A stretch of 57,146 nt of DNA, the filler included, from Basidioascus undulatus (lineage: Eukaryota), in assembly GCA_000826855.1 (NCBI GenBank). It is 4 parts of 4 records of this genome, joined end to end, with 100 filler letters (N's around TTAATTAATTAA, not from the genome) between each part and the next. Parts side by side here need not be neighbours in the genome. Positions count along the whole stretch, not along the records: positions 14,327 to 28,542 come from JTLS01000750.1; positions 28,643 to 42,846 come from JTLS01000751.1; 2 more parts are not named here. One strand, written 5' to 3'. A model generated the notes under the pieces. That model was not told the origin of the DNA. It did no database searches and saw nothing but the letters and a program-made list of their open reading frames with translations. The translations under genes were made by a program, and so were the position numbers. Within the stretch, counting starts at the first letter, position 1. Every line of letters begins with the position of its first letter. Positions 21,597 to 34,487 of the stretch are shown piece by piece.

Positions 21597-24500
21597 ATGC
21601 CGCTTTTCTCAACGGACGATATCCCCGACGCTGCTGCTGAGTCGCGCGCGGAAATGCACGAAGGCGGCAGTGGGGTGACCACGCCTGGCACGGAGTCGGA
21701 CACGACGCCGGAGGGGTTCGAGTCGATCCACTCCCCCCCCATCCCCATGCCCCGCGGCCGCTCGCGCGACGCGTATGAAGATCCCGAGGGCCCGTTCTTC
21801 TCCCACAAAGAGCACAGGACTATGCATGAGGTCCGTCGCCGCCCATCCTCACCCGCGCCGTCTTCCTGGGGCTGAGTGATCGAAACGCCGGTTGGGTGTT
21901 GCCGGGGGGATGATGATGTACAGGCGGATGGAAAGTACCTCTCGCACCACCACTCCGAGCTGGGGAGCTCGTACGTCTCCTCCGCGTCGATGCATTCCGC
22001 GCCGAGCGAGCACGCGTCCAGCCCCGTCGAGTCATCGGCGATGCGGGCGGGCCGCCGCCCGTCCATTGCGCCCTTCACGCCTGCGAGCCCGAAGCCCGCG
22101 GGGGCGTCGCAGGAGCGGGAGCGAGAGCAGGGCGGGGAGGAGGATAAGTTCGCGAAGGAGTTTGAGGGACTGAAGGTCAATGGGCAGCTCCCTGCAGGCG
22201 CGGTGGAGTACACGGGCGATGAGGAGGCGGCGCAGGGTCATGGGACGGCTATACCGCCTCTCAGTAAGTGCACGCTGTGCATCGAGCTAGGCTTCGGGAC
22301 TGACGAGGAGGTCCATGCCTCCAGGCGAGGAGATCACCGCTGAGCTGCGAGCGCTGTACAAGTCGTTCCAGAATTGCCTGGACCTGCGCGACAAGTGCGT
22401 GCTCTGGATGCTCTCCCTTCAAACACGCGCTCACTGACCCCCGTCCACCTCCCGCAGGTACATGAGCGTCTCTGCCCAGCGGATGGAGGACGACCCGCGG
22501 AACTACGACGGGTCCTTCCACCCGGCGCGCGAGCCCGGCTCCGACGCCCCCTTGCACAAGCCGTGGCGCGTGTACCCTCCCCCGCCCAAGCCGTTCTGGT
22601 ACCGCCAGGGCGAGCTGGGCGGCACGGAGCTCCCGCAGGAGCCGCCGCGCGAGGGCAAGACCGAATTCAAATGGGAGGACGCGGGCGAGATGCCCGGCGC
22701 GCACCAGTGGGACTTCGAGATGGACGATAAGGGCGTGTATCAGGTTTACTCTGGCGGGAAAGGTGCGTGCGATGGTTGGGGTGGGGTGGGAGAGGGTTGG
22801 TTGGCTGACGGGGTGGAGGATGCGTAGAGGAAAAGAAGCAGCTCTTCAATATCCCGTCGATTCGCGACTACTTCATGGACCTCGATTATATTCTTTCCGT
22901 CATCTCGGATGGACCGGCGAAGAGCTTCGCATTTCGCCGCCTCAAGTACCTACAGAGCAAGTGGGAGATGTACACGCTTCTCAACGAGTACCAGGAGCTC
23001 GCAGACATGAAGGTGGGTAGCTGCGCGCTGATGGCTGACGTACCGTTTTGTAGTGCTGACACGAAGCGGATTTGATTTACAGCGCGTTCCTCACCGGTAT
23101 GTCTGATTGCAACCCTTAACCGAAGAAATGCGCAAGAGCTCATGCCGCGACGTACAGTGACTTCTACAACGTACGCAAGGTGGACACGCACATTCACCAC
23201 TCTGCCTGCTTCAATCAGGTCCGTCTCCCATCGCCTTCTTCCTTCACGTCCTGCGACATTGCTGACAGCGATCGCTACAGAAACACTTGCTGCGCTTCAT
23301 CAAGTACAAGCTCCGCAAGCACCCCGACGTGCGGACTGCACCAAAGGATGCTGAAACGCCTCCGCTGACGATGACTTGCGGGTGCAGGACGTCGTGATCC
23401 ACCGTGACGGCAAGGACCTGACACTCAAGGAAGTGTTCGAGTCGCTCAACCTCACGGCGTACGACCTCTCTATCGACACGCTCGACATGCACGCGCACCA
23501 AGACTCGTTCCACCGCTTCGACAAGTTCAAGTGCGTCTTCCATTTTCTATTTACGCAGTCGTGTTTGACGTGCGTCTCCTCCGAGCAGCTTGAAGTACAA
23601 CCCTAGTGCGTCTGGAGTAGTCGCTCGCAGTCAGTCTCCACCTTTGCTTATGTTCGTCCGCAGTCGGCGAGTCTCGCTTGCGCGAGGTCTTCCTCAAGAC
23701 CGACAACTTCATCGAAGGGCGGTATCTTGCGGAGATCACGAAGGGTGCGCTCGCTTTGTTCCAGCAACAGTGTGCGCGTGTCTCACCTAGCTTCCCTGGG
23801 TTGCAGAGGTCATGAGCGATATCGAGGACAGCAAATACCAGGCGAGCGAGTGGCGCATCAGCATCTATGGCCGGTGCGGAACTCTTCTTACTCCTATCGA
23901 AATTTACGCTAACGTGGCTTCGTGCAGCTCGACCTCTGAGTGGGACAAGCTCGCCAAGTGGGTCATCAACAACAAACTCTTCTCGGACAACATCCGCTGG
24001 CTCGTCCAGATCCCGCGCCTCTACCACGTCTACAAGGGCGCCGGCCTGGTCGAGAACTTCGAGGACATCGTCCGCAGTATGTCTTCTCGCCGCATCCAGA
24101 GCTCTACGGCAGACTCTGATCGTGAAGAGCCGTGGAGACATCTTCCTCCCCCTGTTCGAGGTGACCAAGGACCCGAGCTCCCACCCCGAGCTGCACGTCT
24201 TCCTCCAGCGCGTCATCGGCTTCGACAGCGTCGACGATGAGTCCAAGGCGGAGAGGCGGCTGTACCGCAAGTTCCCCTAGTGAGTCTCGAGTGGTGCCGG
24301 TGTTGCGCAACTGCCGCTGATCGATGGTCCCGGCAGCCCTCGCGTGTGGGACACGAAGCAGAACCCGCCCTACAGCTACTGGTCCGTGGTTCTTTTCACT
24401 TTCTTGTTCGGCCACTCTGATCCGGCGCCTGTAGGATCTACTACATGTACGCCAACATGGCGTCCCTCAACTCGTGGCGGCGCGAGCGTGGCTTCAGTAC

Positions 24501-25641
24501 GTCGTGACTCTTGGTGTCGTCGTGCTCGTCGCTCACCGCTCTCATACCTTCCTCAGACACCTTCGTTCTCCGTCCGCACGCCGGCGAAGCCGGCGACACG
24601 GACCACCTGACCTCGGCGTTCCTCACCTCGCACTCCATCTCGCACGGCATCCTTCTCCGCAAGGTGCCCGCGCTCCACTACCTCTACTACCTCAAGCAGA
24701 TCGGCATCTCGATGTCGCCGCTCAGCAACAACGCCCTCTTCCTCACCTACGAGCGCAACCCCTTCCCCGACTTCTTCCGCACGGGCTTGAACGTCTCCTT
24801 GTCGACGGACGACCCGCTCATGCTTGCGTTCACTAAGGTGAGTCGCTTGAGAGCGTCTGGTGGGGAGATGTGTTCTTACATGCGGTGTGGGCGTTCAGGA
24901 ACCGCTGCTCGAGGAGTACAGCGTTGCTGCTCAGGTATGTGCCACATTCAAGAGTAGAACGCCCGACCGAGGCTTTGGCTAAACTTTCATATGCTACGTT
25001 ATAGATCTACAAGCTCTCGCCGGCGGACATGTGCGAGCTTGCACGGAACTCCGTCTTGCAGAGCGGGTTCGAGATGGAGATCAAGCGGCACTGGTCGTCA
25101 GTTCTTTCTTCCTTTCCGGGACATGCCACTGACCGGAATTCGTGCAGGCTCGGGCAGAGGTTCTATCTTCCCGGTCCCGCTGGCAACGACATTCACAAGG
25201 TACGACTGCTTTCACATGGGGTCGTTATGTTAAGTTACTCACCTCGCATTGTTTCCTCAGACGAACGTCCCCAACATCCGCCTCGCCTTCCGCTGGGAAA
25301 CGCTGCAGCAGGAGCTCGCCCTCATCGGCGCTGCCGCGCCCCAACCTCTCATCACCGCCACCCCTCGTCTGAAGCCGTCCCAGAACATGGCGCCTCCTCC
25401 GCTCAGCTCGGCAAACGTCGCGCACCGCCCCCCGAATGCCTTCGGCTCAGGCCAGCACTCGAACCAGGAGCTCGGGGCCGCTGCTGCAGCTGGTGCGGGT
25501 GGCGTTGGATTTGGGATGCCGGACGTGACTCCTGGCGCGCATCAACCGCCGCTGGGTCTCGTCAGCAGGAGGCGCAGCCCGAGCGTTCTTGCTTCGGGGC
25601 CGGTCACGCCTATGGTCGACGGGGACACGCAGGGCAAGTAA
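21597..25641 (+). CDS. AMD1: AMP deaminase
   Basis: [100 protein letters not shown]; more than 20 exons. Confidence 0.97.
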
Positions 25642-28542
25642 GGGTTTGGACTTATAGATGCATGCTCTGCTCGCGAGACTCTTCGCACTACGTTTGCCTG
25701 TCTTTTGCTCGTCTGTGCGACGTACCGCGCAAGTGGCAAGTGAGCAGTTGCGGCACATGCTCGTCCGACTCTTGTATTCACATGGGTAAGACCCTTGGAG
25801 CGCCTTGCCACTACGGCCATGTGAACGGCGGAAAGCAGATGGAGCAAACGAAGTCTGGTCGCAACGAGCATTCCGGTGTGATTTTTTTGGGGGAGGGCAT
25901 GATTTTCTTTGGCATGAAATTCGCTAAAGTGTCCCGCACTCCAGGCGATGGAATGATCTGGATTTCAAGAATAATGGAGAAGTACTGCATTCCGCATGAC
26001 GAGCTTTGCGCGGAGATGATATTTATCAAGAGACCGTGAGTATTGATCGATGAATACCGTTCAGACAAAGAATGCTGAACTGATCTCCCATTATTGTCAG
26101 ATGGTATGGCAAGATCATGTTTCTCTATGTGCGCATCTCTTCAATTGTTACATAAAAGCACCTTTTGCGAGCTGATCGTCATTGTGCTTCTTGCAGGAGG
26201 GAGAATTAGGTGAGCAAGGGACTGAACATGACTAGCTCCCCTTATCATGAAGATTAGCCGTTTGGAAATTACTGTGATCGAGCAGTCCGCCAAGTTTCTA
26301 TCGAACTACGCGGAGGCTCGCTTGAAGCGCATTTGCGTTTCAAGACAGCGGTGAAGGAACGGGTCGCGGAGCTTATGGCGAGTTACCTGTAGAGCCGCAC
26401 ATCATCCGTTGACGACTTGAAGATGTAATGCATTGGAAACTAAGCTACTGTGGACCTCTGTTGTTGAATTCGTGGCCTGGGAGCACGCAGTCTTGCAGAA
26501 AAGTTATGCATTGCTGGCCCATTGCGCCCGCGCGCTCCCAATGCTCGTTTTTGTTCGGCAATCTCACCACGGCAACGAAATGTGGCGACCAATAGTATTT
26601 GGCCCACTAGTGAGCTAGACTTTCACGTGCTGAGCAGATGTGAGGGCCAGTCCAACATGCTGCGGCTCCTGCATCGTCTCCCTCTGAGCCGGACGCACCG
26701 CAAGACGCTGGATGGCGAGCTGTCCGTCAGAGATCGGCAGGGTCTTGAATCTGTGCCAGAACCCCGTCAGAACAAAAGTGATCAAATGGATTGTTCATTT
26801 CCTTGCAGATAAACGCCACTCACAAGTCATTGCTCAAATTTGTCGAGCACAGTCACGCCCTTTCATTCTCCACTCTCCCCGGGGGCTTTGCATAATACCT
26901 TTCAAGTCCAAGGAAATACGGAATGAAACCTTCCAAGGTCTTTACTGACGGTTCGCACCATAGTGCAAGAGCCAAGGCGGGGTGCGACAACAGGTGCACG
27001 TATGCGGTCGCGCTGTGTGCTGCAGCGGCAGGGGATTTCGGAGGTGGTGTTTGGGCATTTGGGAGGAGTTCTCCTGGACGCCCGTCGTAATAAGGGTTTA
27101 AATTACAGTGGTCTGGAGCTCGAATGGTCAACGGGGGCAATACTGGGATGGTCGGGGTTGGATTCGAGCTGGGGCGGGTTCTTGGGCATGGCAGGTGGGG
27201 TCCGAATGGCTAGAGCTTAGCTAACAGGATGTGTCTGGTAATTTTTGCGTCGTGTAGGTAGCAGTGGACTGCGTGTCGGTGAATGCGGCGGTTGTTGTCT
27301 GATATGGTGAGCAGCCTAGAAGGGTGCATTCCGACAATATGAGCCTTGAAACAACAACTAAGGCCTGTGATATGGGCACCCCAAAAGGGCTTACCGAATT
27401 GTTTACACACTTCGCATTTGCTGTCCACCTGTCCCGTGCAGTCCTGCTTCTCCGCTGCGGCAAGCAGCCCAGTTCCCCTGCGTACTCCGGTGTACTCCTC
27501 CCCGTGCTGAAAGATACGGGAACCCCGCACCCCCGACGCTGGATCTCCTCGGAAAGAAATTCCTCGTCACAGGTTGCTCTCAAGAAAGCGCACGTCTGGG
27601 AGAGCGTGACGGCGTCAGAGAGGGAGAGGGCGTTGCGGAAGCGGAAGAGGAGCTCGCAGTGAAGTCAATCGATAAGATTTGATGCCATCGTGGTATGCAT
27701 TAATAATAAATTCGAAGAGATGGCATGGAGAGGTGTAGGTGAAGGAAGGAACGGAAGAGCGAAGGGACGGGAGCGGCAGCGGGAACAATTGCAACAACTC
27801 GGTAACGGATCAGCCTGACGCCGTACTCCCTGGCTAGCGTCACCCCGGAAACTAATGCTCGAGTGATTTGAGAAGGAAGAGTAACGGTTTTGCCCGTGAG
27901 GAAGACGCGACCAACGCTTTCGAAGGGAAGCCGACAGGCATTCACTTTGCAGTGCAGTGCCGGCCGCCTTCGTCCGCCCAGAAGCAGTGAAGTTGGAAGA
28001 CGTGAAGCAGTATTAAGAGTTTCTTTTTCTAAGAAGGCTGCTCTGTATCTCAATGAGTAAAGCTGGATAGCATAATTAAGCTTGGGAAGATCTGGTTGAC
28101 TGTGAAGGCGTGGGCCTGCCTGTCGGCTCACGGAGCCGCTTTCGCTCCTTACGACCTATGAACCTAGGGTCTTCGAACCAAACAACTCTGCCTATAAACT
28201 CTGCATATACTGTTTGATAATGGGTGCCCAGAGTTTTGCTGAGGTGGACTGCAGGTAGGGACCGCGCTGAGATACGTCCGTCCGCAGTCAGGACTAACCC
28301 TTCGGAGGGCCAAGGCCGGACCTGATTGTTTCCTAGTCAAACAAGAAGGCCTCGGTGACCGGTCACCTGCAGTGTCCACCGGACAATGGAAACAGACTGC
28401 AAGCGTTGCAAGCCGTTGCAAGCGAAGCCCAAACGGCCTCTATCTCGCTCAGCTCACGCGGCTGTTCAGTGCGCCTCCCACAGCATGACCTCCCTTCGTG
28501 CTCCTTTGCTTGTTCCTCATCCTCTCTGGCCTTTTGGCTTAG

Positions 28543-28642
28543 NNNNNNNNNNNNNNNNNNNNNNNNNNNNNNNNNNNNNNNNNNNNTTAATTAATTAANN
28601 NNNNNNNNNNNNNNNNNNNNNNNNNNNNNNNNNNNNNNNNNN
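28543..28642. other. Artificial contig spacer
   Basis: N44-TTAATTAATTAA-N44. Confidence 0.97.
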
Positions 28643-28717
28643 GAGACGGGATATCATGCCCCCTTATCCCCCCTTCTCTCCTCCCCTCTTGTTTCACTTT
28701 CCCAACTGCAATCGCAG

Positions 28718-28977
28718 GTGGTGCGATCCTTGGCGCGCTCCCTGCGTTCTTCGGTGTCAAAGAGCCAATAGTGGTCCTTACTCTCGGTGTAAAACTCACC
28801 AACTCTACAACCGTCACCTGCCCCGCTGGGAGGAGCACGACCACGTACAAGTATAATTGCGGGGGGATAAAGGTCGAGCGTGGCAAGATCGCCGGCTGGG
28901 TCATGGGCGTGCTGCTAGGCAGTTCTGGGGGCGCGCTCGGCTGGGCGGCCCTGAACGGGACCAAGAAGCAACGGTAG
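28718..28977 (+). CDS. Probable terminal exon of a membrane protein cut by the contig start
   Basis: Pyrimidine tract and CGCAG acceptor, then GAILGALPAFFGV...IAGWVMGVLLGSSGGALGWAAL with two hydrophobic segments. Confidence 0.4.
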
Positions 28978-29674
28978 AATGCAGATGGACGCCGGGCATG
29001 CTGTTGTCTCAGGCGCGGTGGGATCTGCTATCGCTGTTGGGTTCTGCGTGGCTCTCACGTTGTTGACTTCAGTTGCGGTGTCAATGACTGCGGATTTGGA
29101 GCCGGCCGAGAGGACTTCTGCGTGATGCAACCTTAAGCACAGAAGGGATATGCAAAGATCTTCCATTTTTTAACAGTCCAGCTGTTAGTCTGGCACGTTT
29201 AGATCAGGACGGTGGTGCTTAAAGGTTGCAGACTGCAGTGAGCCTACGCAACGGGCTGATTCAGACCTACACAGCTGTTAAGCTGCGAGCCCTCCAGCGG
29301 AGCGAGTGTAATGGGGAATTTCCTGAGATCTCAATTGTGTATGAAAAAGCTGAATATGTCTTCCGAAAGTGGATAGTACCTACCTGGATCCGAGGGTACA
29401 ACTCGGAGCATTTTGGCGCTTTCAAAAGACTCTGCATCCCGTGACTGACTTGGCTTCCTTCCACTCAGAAGCTTCTTTTAATATGCGTCCGTCGTCGGCC
29501 CCGTCGATCAAACGCAACGCGGACATCGTTCGGTCGACGCGAGCTCGCGGGCTCGCGAACCAGGAGCTCCTGGCGACCCAGCTGCCTGCTTCTTCACCTT
29601 CATCAAGCGCCTGTGTACACCTCAGCACTCGCTATTCAGCTCATCTCTTTCACCTCAAATTAACAGAGGGAAGC

Positions 29675-32600
29675 ATGGGGCTGTTCAGAAAGCCTTCCTT
29701 CTCGTCGTCCAAGAAGAGTCGCGCAGCCGCGGAGAGCGAGCAGCCCGCGCTCCCGGCGAAGGCGGAGCGGCAGGGGGGTGGGGAGGGGGAGGATATGGTT
29801 CCTCAGGGAGGAGAAGGGAACGAGGAGACTGTCAGGAACAAGTCAAGCAGGTGAGCAGTGCTTGGTCCTACCGGCGAAGGGTCAGGCCCAGATGTTCCTT
29901 CGGCCCCTGGTGCTCGCTAGGCAGGCCATTCGACTGTCCACGATGCTCAATGTTTAATGCTAAACCGATGTACCCACATGGTCAGACGAAAACGGCTCTC
30001 CCTCCTCGGTCACCGCGCCGCACGTCCGGCCTCCGCTCTCATCCGCAACTTCTCCCTCTCCTCTCCGTCGAAGTCGTCCTCTTCCCGCTCCCCCACCAGC
30101 ACTACAGGCACCACGTCTGCCTCTGTCTCTCCTTCGCCGTCCAGCACCAATGTCGCGCCCCTCGTCGTTGACGAGTCTACGCTGCGCGGCAAGCCTGCGC
30201 TCGTAACTGAGCCAGAGGAGATCTCGCCGCCGACGCCGAAGCAGGCGTCATTTGCGCGCGAAGACGAGGCATCACTTCCGCGCGTAAATGGCGTGTATTC
30301 CAACCACACCTCCTCCGCGGCCGCCCTCTCCTCCACCTCCTCCCTTTCGACCATCGGCGAGTACGCGACTCCGTCCGAAGGCCCCTCCCCGTCCTCCTCT
30401 CTCCAGTCCCTTCCCCTTCCCTCTCTCCAATCCATCAACCAACCGCGTACACGCGAACCCCCCACCCTTGGCCCTCTTCCCCCGTCCGACCCATCCGACC
30501 CTCTTTTCCCGCATCCGCCCGGCCAGTCCTTCACTACCGACCTGCAGCTCGTCAAGCGCGCGCTCGACCTCTTCCTCAACTCGCGCATGCGCGAGGCAGA
30601 GCAGATCGTGCTCGTAGGCAGCGGCGCGATCGCTGATGACGACGCCTCGACGCCGTCGTTCGGCACCCCCGGCGGCGCTGAGCAGACCGACAGCTCTTCT
30701 TCGCTCCCTCGCGTGCAGCGACGCAGCAGCATTCCGCCGAGCCCAGGTGGCACTGGCGGCCCAGGCGCATGGATAAGCCTAGGAGGCGGGCACACGCCGA
30801 CGAACAGCGAGAAGGAAAAGGAGAAGGAGATGGGGAGGATGTACTTCGCTCTAGGGTACGCTTTGATACAAGCGATCAAGGTACGAAAGTCTCTGTCGTT
30901 TTTCCAAATCCTCACAGTTTGTTCACCTCCGTTGCGCGCTGGTCGTAGGCGATGATGACCTTCGAGCCGGAGGACCTCGAGCACGCGATCTCGCTCGCTC
31001 GCTCTGCGCACTCGCTCGCGCACGCGCTGCGCAAGCCCACCGCGTCCTGGGGTGAGGGCGTCAGCCGCCTTGTCAAGGGGCATGGCGGCGCGGGGAGTCT
31101 GAAGGGCATGACGCCGTGGGAGCGGCATGCCGAATTGGTCGCTGCCGAGACTGGGCTTATCAAGGTACGCCCTTGGAAGAGTCGGTTTGATGAAGGGTGG
31201 ATTCCTTGGGGATGGGCCGAGCCGCCAGTGAGACAAGGTTGATGCTCATTGAAGGGAACTGCATGGTTAGTCGATCGTGTCGATCATCTATGCTGGCGAT
31301 GTGTTTGCTTTCCTGAAGGAAGCGTAAGTCGCTGCGCTGCTCGTATCCTTGTGGTAGGTCACAATCTCATGCTGATTTGCGATCGTACCCTGCGCTACAG
31401 CATCAATATGCGCAACTGCCATGTCCGTCCTTCCTCACTTCAAAGCCCGTTTCTCCCGCACCGCTTGGTTGACACGGTCTGCCGCCGCTCCATGATGTAC
31501 AGGCCGCCTACCGTTCCCTCGCGTCGTTCGTGGAGGAATACCAGAGCGATTCGTCTAATCTCCCGCTTGACGCCGATTTTCTTTCCGGCGTCGAACTCGG
31601 CAATGGCATCATGAACCTCACGCTTTCGCTGCTCCCCGGAAAAGTGCTGAAGGTCTGTCTCGCTCCGCCGAGGACATCATTTTTTGTGTCAACCTTATGG
31701 GAATGTATAAACAGGTTATGGAAGCGTTCGGATACGGCGGAGACCGCAAGTACGCGCTCGACCTCTTGGGCAGGGCAGGTGGATGGAGGGACGACCGAGA
31801 TGGTCCGGGTGTTTGCGAAGAGGACGAGGGCATCAGGCGCCAGATGTCCGAGTGCGTGGTCTCGTGTTCCATTTACAGGGACCAGTTGCGGCTTTTTCTT
31901 CATCGACAAAACTGACTCGGATGAGGAGGGTAGACTTACCCTCCTCAATTTCCATCTCGTCATTTCTACCTTCATACCCGCGCCCGACGTCAACGTGCCG
32001 CTGGCTGCAAAGATCCTGCATTATAATCTCAAACGGTATCCTCGAGGTACGGCCACTTCGTTACATTAGCTGATACTGCATAATTAAGCTAAGCGAGATC
32101 TCGCTGGGCCGGGCATGCCCGTTTAGGCATCTTCTTTCTCTACTTCAGCGGGCGCCTGTACGCGACGCAGAACCTCAACGAGAAGGCGATCGAGCAGCTG
32201 GAGTTGGCGAAGGCGAACGAGAAGGAGCACGTGCAATTACAGTGCGTTCCTGACATTCTACGTGATTGCTCTGTGCTCAGTATCGTTTATCCTCGAAACT
32301 GCACGGCAGGCATATCTGCATCTGGGACGAAGCTCTCGTACGAGTGCAGCCCCTTATCCTCCAAGCTAGAAGCTAACCCGCACGCTGTATTTAGAACTTT
32401 ATGTCGCTCAACGACTGGCCGCACGGCGAGGAATGCTGGGCGACGCTCGCGTCCGAGTCCAACTGGTCTAAGGCGATCTACACGTACGCCAGGGCCGCGT
32501 GCATCATTGACTCGGGTGTCGCGGGACGCGAGGCCGAGGTCGCGCAGGCGATGGGGCAAGTGCCTACACTGATGAAGCGGATCGGCGGGAAATCGGTTCC

Positions 32601-33589
32601 GATGGAGGTGCGTATCGGCGTTGTCCTTTGAAAGCGTCTGCGACTGACCGAAAGGCACGGAACCGCTCCGGAACAGAAATACGCCGCGAGGAAAGCACGA
32701 AGATTCACCAAGCAGGGCGGGCAGCTCACCCTCCCTGCGCTCGAGATCGCGTACCACCTCCACTCCATCGGCCACGCAAGCCCACAAATTCTGTGGGATC
32801 GGACGCTCCCGCGCGTGAAGGAGGTGCTTGCGGAGCTGGAGAAGTTCCGGCGCGGGAAAGAGGCGGAGTGGGGCGATGGCGAGCAGTTCTGGGACGGTGC
32901 GTAGGGGCGTTTCGTTGCACGTGAGGGCGGGCGGCTGACCTAGTCCGTTGGCTGGATGGGTGCGTCGTACAGATTGGTGTACGACGCAGTTCCTGCTTGG
33001 CGTAACGTTGCGATTCTTGGCCTATCCGGTGCGTCGCCCTGTCCATGCCGTGAAGGGTGTCCATCCTCCTGTATGCGTGGTGCAGCTGACACAGATCTGC
33101 CCGCCCCGCGACTGCAGGACGAGAACGCGGTCATTGAGGCGCTCCTTCCGCCGATCGAGCAGGCCGACGCTGCGCGACAGGCCGCGGACGCGTTCAAGGC
33201 CGTCATCGAGTACGGCCCGCAGATCCAGCTCGAGCACTGGGTTGTGTACTTCACGCGTGCGTCTGCGTTTATCTCCCATGGTAACATTACCCGCGCTTAC
33301 CCTGAGGACACCGCCTGGCGCCATCCAGATTTCGAGCTAGGCAGGCTGCACGCGTGCATGGGCGAGCGCAAGGCGGCCAAGCACCACCTCGAGCTCGTCA
33401 TGTCGGGGAAGCACCTCGAGGTCGGACCGTCGGGCAAGAAGGTGCGCGCCTATCTTTCCATGTTCTCCAGAGTGATATCGGTGTACTCATGACGTTGCGG
33501 CGCTGCAGGGCGGCAAGTACTCGATGCAGTCCGCCGTGCTCGTCCGCGCCAACGCCGCGCTCGACGGGCTCAAGAACGGCAGCAAGTGA
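29675..33589 (+). CDS. IML2/TTC39-family TPR protein
   Basis: ALDLFLNSRMREAE, MYFALGYALIQAIKAMMTFEPEDL, ERHAELVAAE, FLSGVELGNG, LSLLPGKVLK, FGYGGDR, ESNWSKAIYTY, GKSVPMEKYAARKA, FELGRL, KGGKYSMQ. Confidence 0.88.
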
Positions 33590-34487
33590 AACCAAACCCC
33601 CTGCGGTCTGTTGTCTCCTTTACCGGCTTGCGACCACTTTCTTTCCTTTTCTTACTTTCTTCCTTTCACCGCCACCGGCCGGTCGCCTCCATACCTGTAT
33701 CGATTAATCAACACCTCGTGCTCCATCTTTCTTTCCCACTCTTTATCGGTTTCGTTGTCTCCTCCTCTCCCCTTGCCGTCCCGGGCCAGTCGTTCGTTCG
33801 CTTGTTGTCATTGCTTGTTGTCTTTTCCCTGCTGAGGAACTTGTTCGGGATAAACGAGATACCCGTTGCATACATTGCTTCAAGGGATCCCGGGGATTTG
33901 CAGTTGCAAAGGGCGATGACTAGACTGTGACAGGCAGCAAGGCAGGCTTGGTGAACTTGGGCACGGCGATGCACCGTTGGATGACCCATAAATTACTTGC
34001 CCCTTGAACGCATTCTAGAGCCGTCGTCTGGCGTTTCCCAGTTGCCTCAGCCGACTCCCGACTTGACAGCCAGTTGGCAGCTGCAGCCGCTCAGTAATAC
34101 TCCAGCAGCACAAAAAGGGTCTATAGCGTAGCATCGCAAAGTCTATCATAGAGCAGCAGCAGCGAGCAACAAAACAACTAGAGAAAGGGCCAAGTGCGAG
34201 AACGAAGGGGGAAGGAAAAGTGAACGAGCGAAGAATGGGTGGGGAAATGTACGTGCGGAGGATCGAGAAGATAAGTATGTAGGTTGATAGGCGGTGGGGT
34301 GGGTGGGTGAAGGTTTGTGCGGGGTGAAGGATGGATAGGTGGGTGCGCGGGGTGAGGGTGGGAGGCTGTATGGTACATTTTGCGTATAAAGTCGTACTTC
34401 GTAAAGGGAAAGAAAAAGAAAAGAAGAAGCCAACAAAGAGCGACAGAGGCGGCAAGCCACGGCCATTCTTCCCCCGTCTTGATGCGT

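Noticed and set aside
25811..28542. Lower-GC stretch with ORF fragments, possibly a transposon relic
   Set aside because: No transposase or RT motifs, terminal repeats or TSDs found by eye
30010..31236. 408-aa minus-strand ORF (similarly 40703-41935, 11705-12451, 12097-13089)
   Set aside because: Antisense shadows of GC-rich coding exons
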